Of a DNA stretch of 64,000 bases, positions 38,305-52,310 are shown in pieces (position 1 is the first letter of the stretch; the number at the start of each line of letters is the position of its first letter). The stretch is from the NCBI GenBank assembly GCA_964016885.1, contig OZ024741.1, positions 201,996,001 through 202,060,000 of the forward strand, given 5' to 3'. Position numbers and translations under genes: made by a program. The stretch is from Eledone cirrhosa (Eukaryota). Below the pieces are notes generated by a model that searched no databases, had not been told where the DNA came from, and saw nothing but the letters and a program-made list of their open reading frames with translations.

Positions 38305-41300
38305 ATGAATCTGCGAGCTACCAAGCACCCACGTGAAGCGCCAACCCAGAGACCCTCCCCTACGAGTGTCGACAAATGCCCAAAACTCCGAGTTGGTACC
38401 ATCAATGTAGGCTCAATGAAAGGAAGAGCAGGAGAAATCGTAGAAATGCTAGAGCGAAAGGAAGTTGATGTATGCTGTGTGCAAGAGACTAGATGGAGAG
38501 GAGGGTCTGCTAGAGTCCTTGTAGGAAAAAGCCAGTGCTACAAATTTTTCTGGGTGGGAAATGACGATGGGATGGGTGGTGTAGGTATACTATTAGCTGA
38601 CAAGTGGGTAGATAAAGTAATCTCAGTGTACAGGGTAAATGCAAGAATCATTAAACTCAGACTAGTCCTGAATAAGACAATTACCACAATAATTTCAACT
38701 TACGCACCCCAATCGGGGCTGCCAGACGAACTTAAGGATAGGTTTTACGAGTCCCTAATACACACTACTGCTCTAACAGACGACAAGGACTTCCTAATCA
38801 TTGCAGGAGATTTTAACGGACACGTAGGTAAACACTGCGACGGCTTCAATAGAGTACATGGAGGCCATGGAGTTGGCACAAGGAATGAGGAAGGATTCAG
38901 ACTTCTAGAATTCTGCAACGCCAATGACATGTCGATATGTAACACAAACTTTAAAAAACCCGACAACCACCTGATCACCTATAGATCAGGGGAGCACTCT
39001 AGTCAGTTAGATTTTATCCTCATCAGAGGACGTGACAGATGGACGGTCGTAAACACAAAAGCCTTCCCTAGTGAGGAATGTACATCCCAACATAGCTTAG
39101 TTGTCAGCGACCTCACAGTCAGAACTAGACAAACCCGGAAACAGAGGCCAACCTGGAGAAGAAAGATCTGGAAGCTGAAAGTCCCCTCAACCAATAACAG
39201 ATTTAAAGATATTTTACTCAACGCCTACGACAGTAAAGAAGAACAGATAGAGACATTTAACGTAGAAGAGAACTGGGAGTTCCTAAAAAATAACTTACTA
39301 GAGGCGACGGATGAGGTTTGTGGCTGGAGTAAGACCTCAAGCAGGAGGAGAGTGACTTGGTGGTGGAACAATAAGGTAGATGAAGCAGTCAAGGCCAAGA
39401 GACAGGCATGGAAAGAATGGAAGAACGGGGGGAGCAGGGTACATTACATAGAGACCAAGAGGGAAGCTAGGCGACAAGTATACTTAGCTAGGAGGGAAGC
39501 AGAGGATAGAAAATTCAAGCATGTTTTACAACGTGAGGACCAGAAACAGGAGGTTTTCAAGATTGCGAGGCAGTGTGTCAGAGATAGTTGTGATGTCATT
39601 GGAGAGAAGTGTATCCGGAATGATAAAGGTGAGCTTGCCCTCACAAGTGCTGAGAAGAAAGATGCATGGAAGAGTCATTATGATAGATTACTAAATGAGG
39701 AGAATGCATGGGAAGAAGAGACCCTACCCCATGTAGACCCTATAGAGGGACCAGCAGTACAAGTCAGCGGCAGCGTAGTAAGTAAGGCAATCAGAGATAT
39801 GAAGATGGGGAAGGCAACCGGTCCATCGGGTATAGCTGCCGAGATGCTGAAGGCATCTGGGTCTGTAGGTCACACTATAACCACACGTATCGTTAACCAG
39901 GTAATACTAGAAGGGGCCATACCAAAAGATTGGTGCAGTAGCATCATTGTCAACTGCTACAAAGGTAAAGGCGATGCACTAGATAGAGGAAACTATAGAG
40001 GTATAAAGTTGATGGACCAGGTCATGAAAGTAACAGAAAGAGTTATAGCACAGCTGATTAGGGACCGGGTGAATATAGACGAGATGCAATTTGGGTTTGT
40101 ACCAGGGAGAGGCACCACTGATGCCCTCTTCCTTGTGAGGCAATTACAGGAAAAGTACCTAGCTAAAAGTAAGCCACTCTACTTGGCATTTGTCGACCTT
40201 GAGAAAGCCTTTGACAGAGTTCCACGTGCAGTAATCTGGTGGGCTCTTAGAAAACTAGGAGTAGATGAATGGCTTGTGAAAGCGGTACAAGCCATGTATA
40301 GGGGAGCAGTCAGCAAAGTTAGGATTGGCAATGAGTATAGCGAGGAATTTAGCGTACAGGTTGGGGTCCACCAGGGCTCTGTTCTTAGCCCTCTCCTGTT
40401 CATCATAGTCCTGCAGGCAATAACGGAGGAGTTTAAGACCGGATGCCCATGGGAACTCCTGTATGCTGATGACCTCGCACTCATAGCTGAATCTATGGTA
40501 GAACTAGAGAATAAATTCCAAACCTGGAAGCAGGGACTAGAGAGAAAGGGCCTCAAAGTCAACATGACAAAGACTAAGGTCCTTATAAGTAGACGAGAAA
40601 ACAGAACCCAGATCCCCTCAGGGAAATGGCCTTGCTCAGTATGTAGGAAAGGTGTAGGTAGGAACTCCATTCTCTGCCCCAAATGCAAACAATGGGTACA
40701 CAAGAGATGTAGCGGGATCTCAGGAAGCTTAATTAAGAATGTAGGATTCACATGCAGCAGCTGTGCTGAAACAGCAAGCAAACAGCCACAGGAAACAAGT
40801 ACCACCAATCTCTGGGAGGGCCCTGTAGAAACAGTAGACAGCTTCTGCTACCTAGGTGACCGAATTAGCAACGGAGGTGGGTGCTCAGAAAGTACAATAA
40901 CTAGGGTAAGAACGGGATGGAAGAAGTTTAGGGAACTACTACCACTGCTAGCTGCAAAAGGCTTCTCCCTCAGAATGAAAGGCAGACTGTATGATGCGTG
41001 TATCCGAACAGCGATGTTGCATGGTAGTGAGACCTGGGCGCTGAAGGTGGAAGACTTACGTAGATTAGAGAGAAACGAAGCCTGCATGCTCCGATGGATG
41101 TCTAACAATAATATACGTGAACGACAAAGCATAAAGGAATTGAGAGAGAGACTGAGCATAAGAGGAATCAAATGCTGCGTGCAGGAGAGGCGGTTACGCT
41201 GGTATGGACATGTGATGCGTATGAAGGATGACAGCTGCATAAAAAGGTGCAGAGCACTAGAAGTTGATGGAAACCGCGGAGTGGGGAGACCCAAGATGAC

Positions 41301-41424
41301 TTGGGATGAGGTGATAAAAGCCGACCTTACCCAACTACACCTCTCAAAGTCAATGACACACGACCGTGACTTCTGGCGTCACGCAGTAATACAGGGTACC
41401 CGACCCCCCATGGGTACATGCTGA
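38305..41424 (+). CDS. RTE LINE ORF: APE endonuclease + reverse transcriptase + PHD-like zinc finger (1039 aa)
   Basis: GTINVGSM, CCVQETRW, GDFNGHVG, SQLDFIL, TSQH (APE); [26 protein letters not shown] (RT); CSVC..CPKC..H..C..CSSC; [10 protein letters not shown]. Confidence 0.96.
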   Translation: MNLRATKHPREAPTQRPSPTSVDKCPKLRVGTINVGSMKGRAGEIVEMLERKEVDVCCVQETRWRGGSARVLVGKSQCYKFFWVGNDDGMGGVGILLADKWVDKVISVYRVNARIIKLRLVLNKTITTIISTYAPQSGLPDELKDRFYESLIHTTALTDDKDFLIIAGDFNGHVGKHCDGFNRVHGGHGVGTRNEEGFRLLEFCNANDMSICNTNFKKPDNHLITYRSGEHSSQLDFILIRGRDRWTVVNTKAFPSEECTSQHSLVVSDLTVRTRQTRKQRPTWRRKIWKLKVPSTNNRFKDILLNAYDSKEEQIETFNVEENWEFLKNNLLEATDEVCGWSKTSSRRRVTWWWNNKVDEAVKAKRQAWKEWKNGGSRVHYIETKREARRQVYLARREAEDRKFKHVLQREDQKQEVFKIARQCVRDSCDVIGEKCIRNDKGELALTSAEKKDAWKSHYDRLLNEENAWEEETLPHVDPIEGPAVQVSGSVVSKAIRDMKMGKATGPSGIAAEMLKASGSVGHTITTRIVNQVILEGAIPKDWCSSIIVNCYKGKGDALDRGNYRGIKLMDQVMKVTERVIAQLIRDRVNIDEMQFGFVPGRGTTDALFLVRQLQEKYLAKSKPLYLAFVDLEKAFDRVPRAVIWWALRKLGVDEWLVKAVQAMYRGAVSKVRIGNEYSEEFSVQVGVHQGSVLSPLLFIIVLQAITEEFKTGCPWELLYADDLALIAESMVELENKFQTWKQGLERKGLKVNMTKTKVLISRRENRTQIPSGKWPCSVCRKGVGRNSILCPKCKQWVHKRCSGISGSLIKNVGFTCSSCAETASKQPQETSTTNLWEGPVETVDSFCYLGDRISNGGGCSESTITRVRTGWKKFRELLPLLAAKGFSLRMKGRLYDACIRTAMLHGSETWALKVEDLRRLERNEACMLRWMSNNNIRERQSIKELRERLSIRGIKCCVQERRLRWYGHVMRMKDDSCIKRCRALEVDGNRGVGRPKMTWDEVIKADLTQLHLSKSMTHDRDFWRHAVIQGTRPPMGTC

Positions 41425-41727
41425 AGCATATAAACAATATGCGCCCCCCCCCCCCCCCCACCGCAAGGTGGTCGTGGAGGTGCCACGGCAAAAAAGCACC
41501 CAGCCCACACTGTAAAGTGGACGTGTAGGCGCCACGAAAAAGCACCCAGCACTCACTGTAAATGAGGTTGGTGTTAGGAAGGGCATCCAGCTGTAGAAAT
41601 CAAGCCAAATCAGTTCCTGTATGAGCAAGGCATGGTCAGCCGACCAGACACTGCCCACAACAGGACAACCCGTCTAACCCATGCTAGCGTGGAAGAACGG
41701 ACGTAAAACGGTGATGATGATGATGAT

Positions 41728-41918
41728 ATATAGATATATATACATTATATATATATGTAGATATATATAGATATGTATATATAGATATATATAGATATAT
41801 AGATATATATAGATATATATATATATATATAGATATATATACATATATATATATAGATATATATACATATATATATATATAGATATATATACATATATAT
41901 ATATATAGATATATATAC

Positions 41919-41949
<31 letters not shown>

Positions 41950-41960
41950 GATATATATAC

Positions 41961-41993
<33 letters not shown>

Positions 41994-42066
41994 GATATAT
42001 ATACATATATATATATAGATATATATACATATATATATATAGATATATATACATATATATATATAG

Positions 42067-42097
<31 letters not shown>

Positions 42098-42133
42098 GAT
42101 ATATATATATATAGATATATATACATATATACA
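41728..42133. repeat. Compound TA-rich microsatellite
   Basis: Direct inspection. Confidence 0.98.
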
Positions 42134-42134
42134 T

Positions 42135-42482
42135 ATCATCATCATCATTTTACGTCCGCTTTTCCCTGCTTGCAAGGGTGGGACGGGTCTTATTCAGCAC
42201 AGCATCTCTCCACTCGTCACGGTCCCTCGTCATCTCCACCGTGAGCTTCAATGATCTGAGGTCTGTTCTCACCACCTCCGCCCATGTTTTTCGTGGTCTA
42301 CCTCTACCACGTCTTCCTTCAACTGGCAATTCCTGGCACTTCTTCACCCATCGGTCATTCTCCATACGCATCACATGTCCATACCACCTCAGTCTCCTCT
42401 CCCGTACACTACATTCTATCCCTCTCAGAGACAGTTTCTCTCTCAACACATTTATGCTGGGTCGTTCACGCACATCCAACGG
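42135..42482 (-). mobile_element. RTE 3' fragment (third family, very short 3' UTR)
   Basis: [15 protein letters not shown]...[11 protein letters not shown]...[11 protein letters not shown]; (CAT)n tail on the plus strand at 42135-42148. Confidence 0.9.
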
Positions 42483-42656
42483 AGCGTGCTTGCCTCATTT
42501 CTCTCCAGCCGTCGCATATATATATATACATATATATATATAGATATATATACATATATACATATATATAGATATATATACATATATATATACATATATA
42601 CATATATAAATATATATACATATATACATATATATACATATATACATATATATATA

Positions 42657-43544
42657 CATAACTTTGAATAACTTTGAAATGTTTTGGCCAGTATTGGCCC
42701 AGGCCATGTCTAACTTAATAGCACCACCTGGCGAAGTCTTTCAATTCAGGATTTGGGCACCATGGCCCATTCGAGAAGAGAATTACTGTTTGCGGAGACA
42801 TATCCGGGTGTGGGTGGTTTGTCCGGGATTACTTGGAGGAATTTGTCCAAAGACTTCTTGAATTTTGTGTGGTCAGTTTCTGTTTTGACGTGTCCTGGTG
42901 TGATGTTGAAGAGAGCAGGGCCGATTGAGGTGAAATAATTGTGCCGTATTGTTGTTATGAGTTGCGATTTAGATTTTTGAATGGGACGGATAGCCTTGGG
43001 TGTATCTTGAAGGCCTAAGCCTTGGGTGTATCTTGAAGGCGATGCCAACATCATTTGGGCAGTGATGATGGAACATTTTCCACATCATGCAGATAATATA
43101 ACGCTCACGGCGACGTTGGAGTGAGTAAAGTTTCAGGTTTTCTAGTCGACCCCAGTAGTCAAGGTCTGACATGCCATCTATCTTTTTCGTGATTGCCCTT
43201 TGAGGAGCTTCAAGTTTCATGATACTTTGTTTCGTGTGGGGAGACCACAGTGGACAACAGTATTCAAGGTGTGGTCGGGCAAAAGTAGAGAAGAGAAGGA
43301 TAATGGTGTGGGAATCTCTCGACTGGAAGGTTCTGAGGATCCAGGAACACATTCTGCGAGCCATGTCAACTTTGCTGCTTATATGCGTGGCCCAGCTTAT
43401 GTTGCTGTCCACGGTTACTCCCAAGTCTCTGATGTTGTTAGATGCCACGAGAGTTTCCCCGGAGGGAAGGGAGTACGGGAGTTTCAGAGCATCCTCTTTT
43501 CCAAAGTGGATCAGTTCGAATTTGTCTTCGTTCAGTAACATGTT
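42657..43544 (-). mobile_element. CR1-like LINE 3' fragment, in TA arrays
   Basis: [15 protein letters not shown]...[13 protein letters not shown]...SLQRRRER; near-identical to 48084-48962. Confidence 0.92.
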
Positions 43545-45199
<1,655 letters not shown>

Positions 45200-45200
<1 letters not shown>

Positions 45201-46660
45201 TTGGTTTATTTACATATTTATATTTATATATTGATATATTTATACCTTTGCTTTATCAATGTGCTCTTCCACGTATTCCACTTCTATGTATCCATGTATT
45301 TCTACTCCTCCTATTGGGACTTTTGCTCACTTGTACCCATACTCACTTGTACCCTACCTCGTACTCTACATCCCACTACCTCGTACTCTACATCCCACTA
45401 GGATAAATTATAGATCTACATAATACAATTAACGTCTCTTCATAAAAGACTCTCTTTAATTAAACCCCGCAACCCAAAACCTTATAGAAGTTTTTTTTAA
45501 ATGTTTGATTTTCAATTTTCTGTTTGTTCAATTCTCAATCTTCTTACTCTTTAATTTTATAATGTTATTCTGAATTCCTTCAACTTCATCCTATAAATTT
45601 AAACAATATTTTAATGTTCCAACTTTCTGTCGGACTGTTGTGTGCGTTTTAATGGCGGTGCGACCGGCCCCCTGAGGCAAGGGCCTACCTTGAGTGCTTG
45701 GAAAAATAAATTTTCCCTTCTTTCGGTAAATGAAAATACTCGGAGTGGCTTAATTCGCCCCGGAGCGCGGCTGGTTTTTAACCGCCACATAGTACCTTAA
45801 ATTACAGATCAAATCAGATCTATTAAAATGTTAAACTGTTTAACTTTAAATTTTCTAATTTCTTTGATATTAATTATTAATTATTAATTTTTAACTTCAT
45901 CCTATAAGTCTAAACAAAAACGTAACGTTTCAATCTTCTGCTCACACATTATAACACACTGACCCCCACTATATTCACCTCTGCTAAGATACGGGTCCCT
46001 GTGAAAATTTTCTCGCGCCACTCCTGGCCTGACTGTAGTCTGACATTAATATCGACCTTTCTTTCTATCTTCCTTCTTGTAGCCATCAACCCTTACTCTT
46101 CTACTTCTTCCTTTTCTTCCTTCTTTTCTCCCCTCTTTCTGTCTTCCTCCTCCCGCAGACTTATCTTCCTTCCCCCTTTTTGTTCGCCTATATCTGACCG
46201 GTAGTAGTTGTTTAGATACGGGTCCCGTAGAATAAAAAAATTTCTTCGCGACAATCCTGGCCTGACTGTAATACCGACCTTTCCTCCTCTTTCTTTCTGT
46301 CTTTCTTCTTATAGCTGACATTAACCCTGGCTTCTCTTCTTCTTCCTTTCTTTCTTTCTTTTGTCTTGTAACTTATGTTCCCATCCCTTTCTGTTTTCCC
46401 TTATCTGACCGGTAGTAGCACACTGTGAGCCTTAGCCACGTCACCCGAGAGCGACCGGCTAAGATAAAGGGTGCAAGATAGCGGTCGCCCTCAGGTCCTG
46501 GATTTTCAGCCCCATGGATTTTATCTATTACATTCAGGTATTATATTTCGAATACCTGATGATATCACCGGATTCATATGGAACCCGGTCATTGAAATGA
46601 TCATAGTATAATAAACCTTTCAAGGATTTACACAAATCCAGCCTCCTGTCATTTCATTAT
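45200..46660 (+). mobile_element. Putative non-autonomous hammerhead-terminated (PLE pLTR/retrozyme-like) element between TA arrays
   Basis: No clear ORF; internal diverged duplication (about 45990-46207 / 46217-46418); GC-rich structured patches; hammerhead motif + AATAAA near the right end. Confidence 0.45.
46552..46609 (+). ncRNA. Type I minimal hammerhead motif
   Basis: atac CTGATGA tatcaccgg-attcatatggaac-ccggtcatt GAAA t-gatc-a TA gtat, then AATAAA. Base of stem II is mismatched. Confidence 0.65.
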
Positions 46661-48083
46661 AATATATATACATTATATATATATAGATATATATATACAT
46701 ATATATATAGATATATATATACATATACATATAGATATACATATACATATATATATACATATATATACATATATATACATATACATACATATATATACAT
46801 ATACATACATACATATATATACATATACATATATATATATACATATACATACATATACATACATATACATATATATACATATATATACATATACATATAT
46901 ATACATATATATATATATACATATACATATATATACATATACATATATATACATATACATATATATACATATACATATATATACATATATATACATATAC
47001 ATATATATACATATATATATATATACATATATATACATATACATATATATACATATACATATATATACATATACATATATATACATATACATACATATAC
47101 ATATATATACATATACATATATATACATATACATATATATACATATACATATATATACATATATATACATATACATATATATACATATACATATATATAC
47201 ATATATACACATACATATATATAGATATATATACATATACATAGATATATATACATATACATAGATATATATACATATGCATAGATATATATACATATGC
47301 ATAGATATATATACATATATACATATATATATATACATATATATAGATATACATAGATATATATACATATATACATATACATATATATACATAGATATAT
47401 ATACATATATACATATACATATATATATATACATAGATATATATACATATATATATATATACATATACATATACATAGATATATATACATATACATATAC
47501 ATAGATATATATATACATAGATATATATATACATAGATATATATATACATAGATATATATATACATAGATAAATATACATAGATAAATATACATAGATAT
47601 ATATATACATAGATATATATACATAGATAAATATACATAGATAAATATACATAGATAAATATACATAGATAAATATACATATACATATATATATAGATAT
47701 ATATACATATATATATACATATATATAGATATATATACATATATATATACATATATATAGATATATATACATATATATACATATATATAGATATATATAC
47801 ATATATATATACATATATATAGATATATATACATATATATACATATATATAGATATATATACATATATATACATATATATAGATATATATACATATATAT
47901 ATACATATATATAGATATATATATACATATATATAGATATATATACATATATATACATATATATATACATATATATAGATATATATACATATATATATAC
48001 ATATATATAGATATATATACATATATATACATATATATATACATATATATAGATATATATACATATATATAGATATATATACA
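46660..48083. repeat. ~1.4-kb compound TA-rich microsatellite
   Basis: Direct inspection. Confidence 0.98.
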
Positions 48084-50847
48084 TATAATAACTTTGAATA
48101 ACTTTGAAATGTTTTGGCCAGTATTGGCCCAGGCCATGTCTAACTTAATAGCACCACCTGGCGAAGTCTTTCAATTCAGGATTTGGGCACCATGGCCCAT
48201 TCGAGAAGAGAATTACTGTTTGCGGAGACATATCCGGGTGTGGGTGGTTTGTCCGGGATTACTTGGAGGAATTTGTCCAAAGACTTCTTGAATTTTGTGT
48301 GGTCAGTTTCTGTTTTGACGTGTCCTGGTGTGATGTTGAAGAGAGCAGGGCCGATTGAGGTGAAATAATTGTGCCGTATTGTTGTTATGAGTTGCGATTT
48401 AGATTTTTGAATGGGACGGATAGCACGGGGCCCAAGCCTTGGGTGTATCTTGAAGGCGATGCCAACATCATTTGGGCAGTGATGATGGAACATTTTCCAC
48501 ATCATGCAGATAATATAACACTCACGGCGACGTTGGAGTGAGTAAAGTTTCAGGTTTTCTAATCGACCCCAGTAGTCAAGGTCTGACATGCCATCTATCT
48601 TTTTCGTGATTGCCTTTTGAGGAGCTTCAAGTTTCATGATACTTTGTTTCGTGTGGGGAGACCACAGTGGACAACAGTATTCAAGGTGTGGTCGGGCGAA
48701 AGTAGAGAAGAGAAGGATAATGGTGCGGGAATCTCTCGACTGGAAGGTTCTGAGGATCCAGGAACACATTCTGCGGGCCATATCAACTTTGCTGCTTATA
48801 TGCGTGGTCCAGCTTATGTTGCTGTCCACGGTTACTCCCAAGTCTCTGATGTTGTTAGATGCCACGAGAGTTTCCCCGGAGGGAAGGGAGTACGGGAGTT
48901 TCAGAGCATCCTCTTTTCCAAAGTGGATCAGTTCGAATTTGTCTTCGTTCAGTAACATGTTGTTCTTTTCTGCCCATTGGGTAACAGCCAGTAGGTCTGA
49001 CTGAAGGCTTATCCGGTCATCCACGCCATTGATGACCTTTTGGAGCTTGGAATCATCAGCGAAAATTTTAATGTTGCTGTGTTTGATGATGTCAGTGATG
49101 TCATTAATATAGATGATGAAGAGAAGTGGGCCCAACACAGTGCCTTGTGGGACCCCACTACTGACTTTGGCTGGGCTTGATTTGACTCCCTCAACTACAA
49201 CATGTTGGGTTCTGTTTGACAGGAAGCTCTTGATCCACTGCAGCAGCTTTCCAGTGACACCAATATTGGACAGCTTTCTCAGTAGAATGTTATGATCAAC
49301 CCTGTCAAAGGCCTTGCTGAAATCAAGGTAGATAACATCAGTGTTGGAACCCTCTCCCAAGGCTCTCAAAATGTCATCAAAGTGATGCAGTAGCTGCGTC
49401 AGGCAATCCCTTCCATTACGGAATCCATGCTGGTTGGAGTTCAGCATATTGTTACTCTCAAGGAAGTGGGTCATTCGCGATCTCACCACTCGCTCAAATA
49501 CCTTAATGATATGAGAGGTGAGTGAGATTGGACGGTAATTCACGGCAAGGGATTTGTTTCCCTTTTTGAAAACTGGGACAACAGACTGGGATAGAAGGTT
49601 TTCTGGCACATATCCAGCATCCAGTGAGTTCCGCCACAGATTGGCAAGAGGAGATGCAAGTTGGTGTTGACACGCCTTCAAGACACAAGCAGGGAACCTA
49701 TCGGGACCTACTGCTGAATTATGCTTGATTTCCTTTATTGCCGCCAAGACATCAGGGGCGCCAAACGTTATGTCCGATAAGGTGTAATGGGGAGTAACAT
49801 CGCCGATACAGCCCAGATCGGCCATATCAGGATTGCTGAAAACAGAGCAGTATTGTTTCTGCAGTATCTCACCCATGGTTTTAGCATTGTCTTGAAGAGT
49901 GCCATTTTCATCAATTAGAGGGCCAACAGTAGAGCCAGTGATTTTGTGTTTTTTTGCAAATGAAAAGAACACTTTGGGATTGAGTTTGATCTTCTCAATG
50001 GCCCAGGCCTCTTCAGCTCTTCTCTGATTGTTGATGAGGGACATTATGTTGTTTTGGAGGTTATGTTTTTTAATCTCTAGTGATGAAATGGCAGTCAAGT
50101 TGATGTGTTGCTGCTGACAGTATTTCAGCTTGTTGATTTTTTTGTTCGTTCTCTTAATTTTTCTGATGAGCGTTTTTCTATTTCTAGGGATTCTGCTCTT
50201 AGATTTGTTTATAGTTCTTAATGGGGTGTGTTTAGCACATATGTTTGTAACAGTGTCCACAAATGTCTGCCAGGACTTTTTGATGTTAGTGGGTGTATGA
50301 GTGTGCGTGAAGGACCAGTCGACATGTGCAAGATCATGACTGATCGCTTCCCAGTTTGCATTGTGGAAATCCATAGCGTCAAACGGATGGACAGGAGAGA
50401 TGACATTGGGTTTGTATATTGGACGGTGGAATCTCAGATCACAGAGAACCATGTCATGATCAGAGAGTAGAGTTTTCTCCACTGCAATATTGTGGATATT
50501 GTCAGTGTGATTGCTGAAAATTAAGTCTAGGACGTTTTTGTGGCACCTCGTTGGTTCGAGCACCAGTTGGGATAGGAAGAAATCATCCATGAAGTCAAGA
50601 AGCGATTCCACAGCTTCCCTGTCAGAGGTTGAGGCAGAAGAACCTGGTAGCAGGCTGTTTGTGGACCAGTCAACTCCGGGGAGGTTGAAGTCCCCCATCA
50701 TTAAGATGTTGTCAGGGTGACACTCTTGGATGAAACACTTTATGCTGTTGAGGCATTCCTTGAAGCATGGTACAGGCGTTTGGGGTGGCCTATAGAGCCC
50801 AACTACTAATAGGTTGTTGGTTTGAGTGAATACAGTGACTGCCTCAC
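48084..50847 (-). mobile_element. CR1-like LINE, 5'-truncated, with tandem-repeat tail (TTCAAAGTTAT)n
   Basis: Open frame to stop at 48176; 3' UTR ends in ataactttgaaataactttgaaa on the plus strand; flanked by TA arrays. Confidence 0.93.
48176..50845 (-). CDS. CR1-like ORF2 (partial APE endonuclease + RT), 5'-truncated but uninterrupted
   Basis: [69 protein letters not shown]. The YI-rich N-terminal extension of the track ORF is microsatellite. Confidence 0.92.
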   Translation of the reverse strand, partial: EAVTVFTQTNNLLVVGLYRPPQTPVPCFKECLNSIKCFIQECHPDNILMMGDFNLPGVDWSTNSLLPGSSASTSDREAVESLLDFMDDFFLSQLVLEPTRCHKNVLDLIFSNHTDNIHNIAVEKTLLSDHDMVLCDLRFHRPIYKPNVISPVHPFDAMDFHNANWEAISHDLAHVDWSFTHTHTPTNIKKSWQTFVDTVTNICAKHTPLRTINKSKSRIPRNRKTLIRKIKRTNKKINKLKYCQQQHINLTAISSLEIKKHNLQNNIMSLINNQRRAEEAWAIEKIKLNPKVFFSFAKKHKITGSTVGPLIDENGTLQDNAKTMGEILQKQYCSVFSNPDMADLGCIGDVTPHYTLSDITFGAPDVLAAIKEIKHNSAVGPDRFPACVLKACQHQLASPLANLWRNSLDAGYVPENLLSQSVVPVFKKGNKSLAVNYRPISLTSHIIKVFERVVRSRMTHFLESNNMLNSNQHGFRNGRDCLTQLLHHFDDILRALGEGSNTDVIYLDFSKAFDRVDHNILLRKLSNIGVTGKLLQWIKSFLSNRTQHVVVEGVKSSPAKVSSGVPQGTVLGPLLFIIYINDITDIIKHSNIKIFADDSKLQKVINGVDDRISLQSDLLAVTQWAEKNNMLLNEDKFELIHFGKEDALKLPYSLPSGETLVASNNIRDLGVTVDSNISWTTHISSKVDMARRMCSWILRTFQSRDSRTIILLFSTFARPHLEYCCPLWSPHTKQSIMKLEAPQKAITKKIDGMSDLDYWGRLENLKLYSLQRRRECYIICMMWKMFHHHCPNDVGIAFKIHPRLGPRAIRPIQKSKSQLITTIRHNYFTSIGPALFNITPGHVKTETDHTKFKKSLDKFLQVIPDKPPTPGYVSANSNSLLEWAMVPKS

Positions 50848-51088
50848 TATATAGATATATATACATATATATAGATATATATACATATATATAGATATAT
50901 ATACATATATATAGATATATATACATATATATATATACATATATATAGATATATATACATATATATAGATATATATACATATATATAGATATATATACAT
51001 ATATATAGATATATATACATATATATAGATATATATACATATATATAGATATATATACATATATATACATATATATAGATATATATAC

Positions 51089-51119
<31 letters not shown>

Positions 51120-51842
51120 CACATATATATATATATACACATATATAGATATATACATATATATAGATATATACACATATATAGATATATATACATATAT
51201 AGATATATATACATATATAGATATATATACATATATAGATATATATACATATATAGATATATATACATATATATAGATACATATACATATATATAGATAC
51301 ATATACATAGATATATATACATATATATAGATATATATACATATATATACATATATATACATATATATAGATATATATATAGATATATATAGATATATAT
51401 AGATATATATAGATATATATAGATATATATAGATATATATAGATATATATAGATATATATACATATATATACATATATATAGATATATATACATATATAT
51501 AGATATATACACACATATATAGATATATACACACATATATAGATATATATACATATATATAGATATATATACATATATATAGATATATATACATATATAT
51601 AGATATAAATACATATATATAGATATATATACATATATATAGATATATATACATATATATAGATATATATACATATATATAGATATATATACATATATAT
51701 ACATATACAAACATATATATATATATACATACACATACATATATATATATATATACATACACATATATATATATATATATATACATACACATATATATAT
51801 ATATATATATACATACACATATATATATATATATATATACAT

Positions 51843-51881
<39 letters not shown>

Positions 51882-52310
51882 CACATATATATATATATAT
51901 ATACATACACATACACATATATATATATATATATACATACACATATATATATATATATATATATACATACACATATATATATATATACATATATATATAT
52001 ACATACACATACATATATATATACATATATATATATACATACACATACATATATATATATATATACATACATATATATATATATACATACATAGATATAT
52101 ATAGATATAGATATATATAGATATATATAGATATATATAGATATATATAGATATATATACATATATATAGATATATATACATATATATAGATATATATAC
52201 ATATATATAGATATATATACATATATATAGATATATATACATATATATAGATATATATACATATATATAGATATATATACATATATATAGATATATATAC
52301 ATATATATAC
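50848..52310. repeat. ~1.46-kb compound TA-rich microsatellite
   Basis: Direct inspection; includes higher-order 20-bp units atatatagatatatatacat. Confidence 0.98.

Larger units (their letters stand above)
37550..41727 (+). mobile_element. Apparently full-length RTE-clade LINE (family A)
   Basis: Putative 5' UTR, single uninterrupted ORF, 3' UTR and (GAT)n tail; (TA)n arrays on both sides. 5' boundary uncertain. Confidence 0.9.
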
